Part shown: piece by piece, positions 17,439 to 24,338 of the stretch
Position numbering within the stretch: position 1 is the stretch's first letter
Layout: the number at the start of each line of letters is the position of its first letter
Origin: Treponema sp.
GTDB taxonomy: Bacteria > Spirochaetota > Spirochaetia > Treponematales > Breznakiellaceae
DNA: 64,000 nt
Assembly: GCA_031279555.1 (NCBI GenBank)
Contig: JAITIK010000005.1
Span: 1,464 to 65,463 of the forward strand
Reading direction: 5' to 3'
Made by a program: the position numbers and the translations under genes
The notes under the pieces: generated by a model
What the model was told of the DNA's origin: nothing
Databases searched by the model: none
Seen by the model: only the letters and a program-made list of their open reading frames with translations

Positions 17439-18873
17439 TGGAAGAGACATCAAGAAATTTGACACCACAGTGCAGTATTTGAAATACAGGGCGCTCTGTG
17501 AAGTCGCCCGGCATATGTGGAAAGACGATCTGTATGAAAACCTGCCCGCCATTCCAAAAGCCATTGCGCCGGGAAAAGAGCCTACTATGCGTTGCTGCGT
17601 GTACAAGGAACGCGCCATCTTGGGAGAACGGGTGAAGCTGGCGATAGGCGGGGACAAGGGCAACCCCAATGTCATTGAAGTGATAGACATCGCCTGCGAC
17701 GACTGTCCGGCAGGCGGGTATGAGATAACCAGCGCCTGCCGGGGATGTCTAGCGCACCGTTGCGAGCGCGCGTGCAGGCGCGGCGCCATAACCTTCGATC
17801 ATAAACAGAAAGCCCGCATTGACAAGTCCAAATGCGTGGAATGCGGCCTCTGCGCGAAAGCCTGCCCCTACTCCGCTGTCATTAACCTGCGGCGTCCGTG
17901 TGAAAATTCCTGCAAGGTGAAGGCGATTTCCCTTAACAACGCCAAGTCCGCGCAGATAGACAACGGGAAATGCATCGCTTGCGGCGTGTGCGTGTATCAA
18001 TGCCCTTTCGGAGCGATTAGCGACAAATCGTTCATTGTGAATGTGGTGGACATGCTGAAAAAGAGTTGCGGCAACGAGCGGTACAAGGTGTACGCGGTGG
18101 TTGCGCCCTCCATAGCGAGTCAGTTCAATTATGCGAAGCTGGAGCAAGTCGTAACAGGCATAAAGCGGCTTGGGTTTTTCAGCGTTGTGGAAGCCGCTTT
18201 AGGCGCGGACATGGTGGCGGACGAAGAGGCGAAAGAACTGGTGAAAACAGGATTTCTGACCTCCTCATGTTGCCCCGCGTTTGTCACATATATTGAAACG
18301 CAATTCCCTGGCTGCGCTTCGAAAATCAGCGGCGCCCTTTCCCCTATGGCCGCCATCGCCAAATATATCAAACGTTCCGATCCAGACTCAAAAGTCATCT
18401 TTATAGGCCCCTGCACCGCCAAGAAGCTTGAATTTCAAAAAGAGAGCGTCCGCCCTTATGTGGACTCAGTCATTACATTCGAGGAGTTGCAAGCGTTGTT
18501 CGACAGCAAAGACATTGACGTCGCATCTTTGGAAGAAAGCCGTCTTGACAACGCTTCTTATTTTGGACGCATTTTCGCGCGAAGCGGCGGCGTAACCGAT
18601 GCGGTGCGTGAAGCCATTAAAGAAAACGGCGTTGAAGGCTTTGACTTTAACCCTGCGGTATGCGACGGCATTGAACAATGCAAGGCGGCCCTGCTACGCT
18701 TGAGCAAGGGTATGCTTCCAAACAACTTTATTGAAGGCATGGCGTGTATAAACGGCTGTATCGGCGGCGCGGGCTGTCTCACTCACGAAGAAAAGAGCAA
18801 AGCCGGCGTTGATACATACGGCATGGCAGCCTATGAAAAAAACATAAAAGATGCGATTAGCATACTCGGCTAA
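17431..18873 (+). CDS. hydA: [FeFe]-hydrogenase catalytic subunit-like protein with canonical H-cluster motifs
   Basis: Several Cys clusters (CVECGLCAKACP, CIACGVCVYQCP). H-cluster motifs are LTSSCCPAFV, IGPCTAKKLE and EGMACINGCIGGAGC. 8-nt overlap with the phosphatase gene. Confidence 0.85.
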   Translation: MTDGRDIKKFDTTVQYLKYRALCEVARHMWKDDLYENLPAIPKAIAPGKEPTMRCCVYKERAILGERVKLAIGGDKGNPNVIEVIDIACDDCPAGGYEITSACRGCLAHRCERACRRGAITFDHKQKARIDKSKCVECGLCAKACPYSAVINLRRPCENSCKVKAISLNNAKSAQIDNGKCIACGVCVYQCPFGAISDKSFIVNVVDMLKKSCGNERYKVYAVVAPSIASQFNYAKLEQVVTGIKRLGFFSVVEAALGADMVADEEAKELVKTGFLTSSCCPAFVTYIETQFPGCASKISGALSPMAAIAKYIKRSDPDSKVIFIGPCTAKKLEFQKESVRPYVDSVITFEELQALFDSKDIDVASLEESRLDNASYFGRIFARSGGVTDAVREAIKENGVEGFDFNPAVCDGIEQCKAALLRLSKGMLPNNFIEGMACINGCIGGAGCLTHEEKSKAGVDTYGMAAYEKNIKDAISILG

Positions 18874-19058
18874 GACATGCCGTTACGCCAGGCGGACGGC
18901 TCGAAGCCTCATGGTTGATAAAAGCGTTGGAATATAATAGAATGAGCGTGCTCCAAATAAATTAAGCGTTTGCGGCGGGGCGGCATATTCGCGCATTCAA
19001 GCGGCGCGATTCGCAAGCGTGAAGCGAAGAAAAAGAAACCGGAGCGGTGGAGGCGCCT

Positions 19059-19712
19059 ATGATCGCTAGAAATTTTGTTGTTTTTGAAGGCGGGGATGGC
19101 AGTGGCACCACGACTCAGATTGAATTGCTGCTGCGGCGGTTTGAGCGGGAAAAGGCGGACGGAACGCTTCCCCCGCTGTGGACCACACGCGAGCCGACGG
19201 ACGGCGCGATAGGCGTTCTTATACGGTCTGCGTTGCGGGGTGAGATTGCGTTGCAAGCCGGAACGCTGGCGCGTCTTTTTTCCGCAGATCGCAACGAGCA
19301 TGTTTTCGCCGAAAACGGCGTGATAGACCGTTGCAATCGCGGCGAGCTTGTGGTTTCGGACCGGTATGCGCTCTCTTCTCTGGTATATCAGGGCATTGAT
19401 TGCGGAGATGCGCTGCCGAAAACGCTCAACGAGGAGTTTCCCGCGCCGGAAACGCTTTTTTTCTTTGATATTGAACCGGAAGCCGCCCTGAAACGCATGG
19501 AAAACCGGCGGATTAAGGAAATATTCGAATATCTTGACTTTCAGGTGAAAGCGCGGGAACGGTACAAAGCGTTATTGCCTTGGTGCGAAGAAAAGGGAAC
19601 CGCGACAATCACCATAGACGCGGCGAAAACGCCGGATGCGGTCGCCGAAGATGTGTGGAAGGCATTGCAAAAGGTGAGCCTGTTCAAAGCGGCGCAACAA
19701 GCGCGGGTGTAA
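19059..19712 (+). CDS. tmk: dTMP (thymidylate) kinase
   Basis: FVVFEGGDGSGTTTQ P-loop and the REPTDG motif. ATG 19059 follows GGAGG. Confidence 0.85.
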   Translation: MIARNFVVFEGGDGSGTTTQIELLLRRFEREKADGTLPPLWTTREPTDGAIGVLIRSALRGEIALQAGTLARLFSADRNEHVFAENGVIDRCNRGELVVSDRYALSSLVYQGIDCGDALPKTLNEEFPAPETLFFFDIEPEAALKRMENRRIKEIFEYLDFQVKARERYKALLPWCEEKGTATITIDAAKTPDAVAEDVWKALQKVSLFKAAQQARV

Positions 19713-19762
19713 AACAGCGTTTTAGAACAGTTCCAAAACAACCGATATATTAAGGAAACGGT

Positions 19763-20374
19763 ATGGCGAAGAAACGTTGCGGCGCTTGTATTGTATTGGG
19801 GATTTTTCTCTTTTCCACGGGAATTTCGCGGCTCGGCGCCTATTATGTTGAGTATAAAGAACAGTACTACCGGCTTTACCACCTTCATTACGTCCAGTAC
19901 CCGGATGACACCATGGAAAATATTCACTGGCTTGAAATGGCGCTCAAAGCCGATTTCGCCAATCCGCTTTATGCCATCGCCTTGATTGAAAACGAGGTTC
20001 AATACGAAAAGTACCGCTACCTTTTTATGATGCACCTGAATTTGAAAATGATAGAACAGTACCTGTTTTTAGGAAACAAGTGGAACAAACGGTACGCCTA
20101 TTTTTACAACGCGCCGTTTAAGGAGCAGAATCTCAAGAGTCTTGAAACCGCCGAAATATGCTACCGCACGGCGCTTGTATATTGGAAAGACGCGAAGGAG
20201 TGGGCTGAAAAGGCGCAGGCGCGGAGATTCAGGTTCATTATTTTGGAGCGCGTACAGTTTTGGCAGGACGAAGCGGGTAGAATAGATCGCAAAGAGCTTG
20301 ATTACGAAAAAATCATAAACCGCGAGCTTGCCAGGATACAAAAGGCGCGGGAAGAATTTGAGAAGATGCCGTGA
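19763..20374 (+). CDS. Hypothetical protein with N-terminal signal/anchor
   Basis: 203-aa ORF. The N-terminus is hydrophobic (CIVLGIFLFSTGISRLGA) and the rest is Tyr/Lys-rich helical sequence. No family recognised. Confidence 0.55.
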   Translation: MAKKRCGACIVLGIFLFSTGISRLGAYYVEYKEQYYRLYHLHYVQYPDDTMENIHWLEMALKADFANPLYAIALIENEVQYEKYRYLFMMHLNLKMIEQYLFLGNKWNKRYAYFYNAPFKEQNLKSLETAEICYRTALVYWKDAKEWAEKAQARRFRFIILERVQFWQDEAGRIDRKELDYEKIINRELARIQKAREEFEKMP

Positions 20375-20502
20375 CGAAAAGCGTCTGCCGCACGGCGTGT
20401 TCCTGTTCACGGCTACATATATGACTGTGGGAGTGAAACGTATCGTTATGTACGGACATGTGCAGACGCGGCGCGCGATACGATAATATCATCTTTACTT
20501 TA

Positions 20503-20539
20503 TATATAAAAGAAAAACCCCGCTGAAAGGCGAGGTTTT
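20503..20539 (-). terminator. Rho-independent terminator of the 20563-21039 gene
   Basis: The minus-strand RNA reads AAAACCUCGC-CUUUCA-GCGGGGUUUU followed by UCUUUU. The one non-Watson-Crick pair is G-U on the minus strand but C-A on the plus strand, which favours minus-strand function. Confidence 0.7.
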
Positions 20540-20562
20540 AGGATTGTACATTGCGCGGCGGA

Positions 20563-21039
20563 CTACAATTTCTTTATCGTCAACGCGCTAATCTTTAATG
20601 TTATGGTACGGGTGGACGCCGCCTTGTTTTCTTTCTCCGACCCGAGGATATTGAGCATATTGGATTGATCCGCTTTGATGTCCTTGCCGTCTCCTGTCGC
20701 CGTGATTTCAAAGGTGATGTCAAAAGGAACGTCTTTTTTTATATCTTTACCAATTATAGGATACTCGGAAATAACCTTCCACGAGTAAGCGGGGGCGGCG
20801 TTGTCCACCAACACGGCTTGGAGTACTGGAATGTCTCTGTCCGACACTGCGGCAATACGAACCTGATATTTGTCCCCGGTCTTAATGGGCGCGGAAAATT
20901 GTTTTTTAAGCGAACCTTGGTTGTTGGATCCGGCCCCCCAGTCATTATACGGCAGTTTAAGCTGCGTCACTGATTGAGACCACGCTCCTACAACAACCGC
21001 AATAAAAAGAACCGTCCCTAAAAGCAAAAGCTTTTTCAT
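20563..21039 (-). CDS. Small secreted hypothetical protein
   Basis: ATG 21039 follows GGAGG. MKKLLLLGTVLFIAVVVGAWSQ is a signal peptide. The mature part looks beta-rich and matches no recognised family. Confidence 0.65.
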   Translation of the reverse strand: MKKLLLLGTVLFIAVVVGAWSQSVTQLKLPYNDWGAGSNNQGSLKKQFSAPIKTGDKYQVRIAAVSDRDIPVLQAVLVDNAAPAYSWKVISEYPIIGKDIKKDVPFDITFEITATGDGKDIKADQSNMLNILGSEKENKAASTRTITLKISALTIKKL

Positions 21040-21265
21040 ATAAAAACCTCCATTTTTCTTTGGATCGATGTTCCAAAGACCGTAAAAATATATAAGTATG
21101 GCCACGCCATACCGCCAAGCCGTCCGCCATGTTGACGGACGGATAAAGCCGGGAGAAAAAGATAGAAAGCGGGTGGAAATATGCTCCGCCTCTTCGAATC
21201 GCCGGACGGCTTGCTTGTAGAGTGATCGCTATTTTTGGGAGCGTAAGAAATTAGTTTAAGATAAT

Positions 21266-21280
21266 GGGGGGGGGGGGGGG
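21266..21280. repeat. Homopolymeric G15 tract (C15 on the minus strand)
   Basis: Counted directly: 5 G at 21266-21270 plus 10 G at 21271-21280. Confidence 0.95.
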
Positions 21281-21380
21281 TAATCCGCCAATGGCGGCGG
21301 CGCGGCTATTCAAATAGTACGTCTTTTTCATTTTTCGCTTACGCGTCTCCTTTTGAAAGGTTTTATGTTAATTAAAAATA

Positions 21381-21467
21381 TTATATCATTCTCATACGAT
21401 TGTCAAGCATGTTCTTTTCAAGATTTCTCAAAAAAAGAACCGTCCCTAAAAGCAAAAACGTCTTCAT
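21381..21467 (-). pseudogene. Truncated paralog remnant (RBS, start and signal-peptide start) of the 20563-21039 gene
   Basis: About 55 nt (21425-21480) are nearly identical to 21005-21060. The remnant translates MKTFLLLGTVLF (versus MKKLLLLGTVLF) and then diverges, stopping after 28 codons. Confidence 0.5.
21390..21416 (-). promoter_or_regulatory. Strong sigma70-type promoter candidate (extended -10)
   Basis: The minus strand reads TTGACA-atcgtatgagaa-TGATATAAT. The -35 is perfect, the extended -10 is TGnTATAAT, and the hexamer spacing is short at 15 nt. Confidence 0.5.
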
Positions 21468-21651
21468 ATAAAATCTCCATAACACTTGTTTTATGACGCT
21501 CTTTATCAGTGTCAAAAGTATATCTCTATTTTTTGAAACCGTCAACTCCTTTTTTCAAATTTTTTCGACAGCAACTTGAACTTTAAACAGCATTCTTGCC
21601 TTCTGGCGTCAGGGAGCGCGCGGAGGTGTTTTTATTTTTCTTAGCCGGTGA

Positions 21652-21996
21652 AAACATAAGGAAGGCATTGATTGGGGCATTTTATACAATCCATTTAAGG
21701 ACAAAACTCTTGGACCCGCCGCATTGGAAAAAGGAATTTCCCGCTTAATGCGGGACGATGACGTACCCAACAAAAAAGGCGTTTACGCCTATGTCTTAGA
21801 CGGCAAAGAAAAACATTTGAACATTAGGGCATTTAACGACAATATGAAAAGGGAAGCATACGAAAGACAAAAAGGCATCCGCCCGTGTGTAACAAACATT
21901 TTGAAATTCAAGATAAGACAACGCCTGAAAATTGCCAAATGTCATGTAAAAAATGCAACCGGAGAAAATCCGGGAGATAATTTTATCACAAAATAA
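21652..21996 (+). pseudogene. C-terminal fragment of a DUF262/HNH-type (GmrSD-like) protein, truncated and frameshifted
   Basis: The open frame has no plausible N-terminus: DWGILYNPFKDKTLGPAALEKGISRLMRDDDVPNKKGVYAYVLDGKEKHLNIRAFNDNMKREAYERQKGI.. A shifted frame then reads ..KHFEIQDKTTPENCQMSCKKCNRRKSGR, a tail that resembles the HNH C-terminus I remember for this family. The HNH core in between is missing. Confidence 0.5.
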
Positions 21997-22495
21997 TTTT
22001 GTCTTCTTGAAAAATACGGCTTTTATCTGATACAATGCTTCGGTAAGGACAATTTACGCGCCTATTGCATAAAAAACAGGCCTATATCATTGGAAAATGC
22101 GTCAATATTTTAGATAATGGCGCATATATCAATGCAAGCCGCTCAAATATCGCACGGAAAGGAGCGGATATGGCTAACCGTATGGATCGGATCCCGGACC
22201 AAGTGAAACTTGCCGGCTTTACAACTGTTTGGTATTGGCAAAATAAAAGGCCGTCCGTGGCGGGCGGCTTCATAACAGATTTTTGCCGCTCTGCATAACC
22301 GGCAAAGCGTAGTGTAATCCGGGATGCAAAAAGCATCGCCTAACATGCCTGTCAGCGATTCGCCTCTAGCAGGCGAATCGTGATTCCGTCTGGCTATATC
22401 CTTCCGTTGCGCTCGCCAGCCGGAACGTTATGCGGCATTTTTCTAAAAATTCTTCAAATTTGTATTTACAAAATATTATAATGCCGATATACTGC

Positions 22496-22538
22496 TATGA
22501 GGCTGTTTCAAAACCTCATGTTTTAAAACAGCCTCATA
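22496..22538. repeat. Hairpin repeat family, copy 4 (arms only)
   Basis: TATGAGGCTGTTTCAAAACCTCATGTTTTAAAACAGCCTCATA, a near-perfect palindrome. Confidence 0.7.
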
Positions 22539-22560
22539 TATTAGCAAATCTTGCCGTGAA

Positions 22561-22714
22561 GAGGCTTTCCCAAAACGCGCAGGGTGATAGTCTTGGGAAA
22601 GCGGACTCAGATTTAAGAGAGAAAAACGGGCTTTTAAGCCGTTTTTCCCAAAGCGTTTCCCATCAAACCGGAGGTTCGCCCGCTCGAATGTAGTTCGCAT
22701 TGTGGAAAATGCTC
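22561..22714 (-). repeat. Hairpin repeat family, composite form, copy 5 (opposite orientation to copy 2)
   Basis: The reverse complement aligns block by block with 3581-3735: GCGAACTAC, GGGCGAACCTCCGGTT(C/T)GATGGGAAACGCTTTGG, TTTTTCTC(C/T)TTAAATCT(A/G)AG and GCTTTCCCAA. Confidence 0.85.
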
Positions 22715-22962
22715 ATGATAGAGGGTAGATTATGAACAGTAGGCTTTTAATGGCGTCTCTGGCGTTCAGCTTGACAGTAAGAGCCTGTTGAGCTTGTGGA
22801 TTTTTGGGATACTGTGAACCTTTGGTTGGATGGCAGTTTGCGCGGCAAGAAATCGACTAACCGGCGATTTCTTGGGATTTTATGCGCGAAGCGCGACAAA
22901 CTGCTAGGATGCGTATTTGCACAAGACAATGCCAAGAAAAGGGCGGGGATGAAATAATTGCT

Positions 22963-23433
22963 ATGTCCACAAGAACAACGTCAAAAATAAATGTAATGCT
23001 ATCCTTAAGGGAATCAATCGTTAGCGTAGCGAATGCCAAAAATTTACTAACATTCTTAGTAGTATTTTCTATAACTGTTTGTATAATGGCGCAGGCTCTT
23101 TCATCTTCTACATCTTGTATAATTATTTGGGGATGGTGGGATTTGATTTTAACGTTAACTCCATGTATCATTATTTTTTGTTATCTTTTTTTTCTTGAAA
23201 AAATACCGGATAAGCATGACACTTTTTTAAATATTGTTTTTTTGGCGCTATCGATTGGTTCGGCTTTAATTTCATTTATTGTAAATATCCAGCGCTCAGG
23301 AATTCTGGGGCTGCTGTTCGCAACAGTGTCCTTTTTTACTAAAATTATTATGGTGGTTCTTGCGCCGATTATAGTGGTTTTATACATAAGCTCTTTAAGA
23401 TCCGACACGCCGGATAAACGCTCTAAGGATTGA
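22963..23433 (+). CDS. Hypothetical multi-pass membrane protein (AT-rich, probably foreign)
   Basis: 156 aa from ATG 22963 with four or five hydrophobic helices. The region is clearly more AT-rich than the neighbouring genes. The RBS is weak. Confidence 0.5.
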   Translation: MSTRTTSKINVMLSLRESIVSVANAKNLLTFLVVFSITVCIMAQALSSSTSCIIIWGWWDLILTLTPCIIIFCYLFFLEKIPDKHDTFLNIVFLALSIGSALISFIVNIQRSGILGLLFATVSFFTKIIMVVLAPIIVVLYISSLRSDTPDKRSKD

Positions 23434-23601
23434 ACAAGAGGAGACAAGAGAGCCATAATTGCGATAGTTGTTGCAATTGCGGCTTTTCTTATCGCTAACT
23501 TAATAAAGCATCCCTGCCATGAAGGGCGAGGTATTAAAGATTTCTCCTTGAAATCTTGCGTAAAACTGGGGCGGGGAATTAACCTCTTAGTGATTAAAAT
23601 T

Positions 23602-23655
23602 GAGAGCCATTCCCAAAACCAAGCCGAACATAGTTCGCGTTGTGGGAATGGCTTC
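23602..23655. repeat. Hairpin repeat family, copy 6
   Basis: GAGAGCCATTCCCAAAACCAAGCCGAACATAGTTCGCGTTGTGGGAATGGCTTC, immediately 3' of the copA-operon lipoprotein gene. Confidence 0.8.
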
Positions 23656-23657
23656 TT

Positions 23658-24338
23658 CTATTTCAGATTAAAAGGCTTCAAAATCTTGTCCACCTCTATG
23701 GGTTTTCCATTGGCGTCGTCCACGGCAACTGTGGCAAAAACCCATCCCTCAATTCTCGCAGGATCGGCCCCGGCGGCAATGAAGGGGTCGGGATTCAGAA
23801 CAAAAACAATGTCTTTGTCATTGGCGTCCATATCCTTAGCCCACTCAAACAGGTTGCCGCCGCCCAGGTTCACCCCGTAATGATCCATCGCCATGTGGTA
23901 GCCGATGACGCTCCGTTTCAGCTTGACAATCTGTTCATACGAGGCAAGGGGCGTGGCTTCCCCCTGATACCGTAATTGCTCCTGTCCGAGTTTCGCGCCC
24001 ACCATGATCTTGCCGTCATAGCGGGCGAAATTCTCAGGGAGCTTGTCCGGATCAAGTCCCGCATCAATGAATGGGGCGTCGCCGAATTCGATCATCACGT
24101 CATAGAGGGGGCTTTCCGCGTAATTCTTACCCCAGATAAACCGGACGCCGCCATCCGGCGCTGTCAAAGACCAGCCGCCGTTCTTTTCATCAGACGCCAC
24201 CGACTGGGGAATTTGATTCAACACCTTGTCAAAGGATTTCACAGAATCGGTTCCCACCACATCGAGTTTCCCGCAGGAAACCGCCGCCAGAATGGACAGG
24301 GCAAAAAGCCCAGCCCATGTGATTCGCGTTGTTTTCAT
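23658..24338 (-). CDS. Lipoprotein of unknown function co-transcribed with copA
   Basis: The signal peptide ends in LAAVSCG (lipobox-like). The ATG overlaps the copA stop (ATGA at 24335-24338). It contains a His/Met patch, YHMAMDHYG. Confidence 0.7.
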   Translation of the reverse strand: MKTTRITWAGLFALSILAAVSCGKLDVVGTDSVKSFDKVLNQIPQSVASDEKNGGWSLTAPDGGVRFIWGKNYAESPLYDVMIEFGDAPFIDAGLDPDKLPENFARYDGKIMVGAKLGQEQLRYQGEATPLASYEQIVKLKRSVIGYHMAMDHYGVNLGGGNLFEWAKDMDANDKDIVFVLNPDPFIAAGADPARIEGWVFATVAVDDANGKPIEVDKILKPFNLK

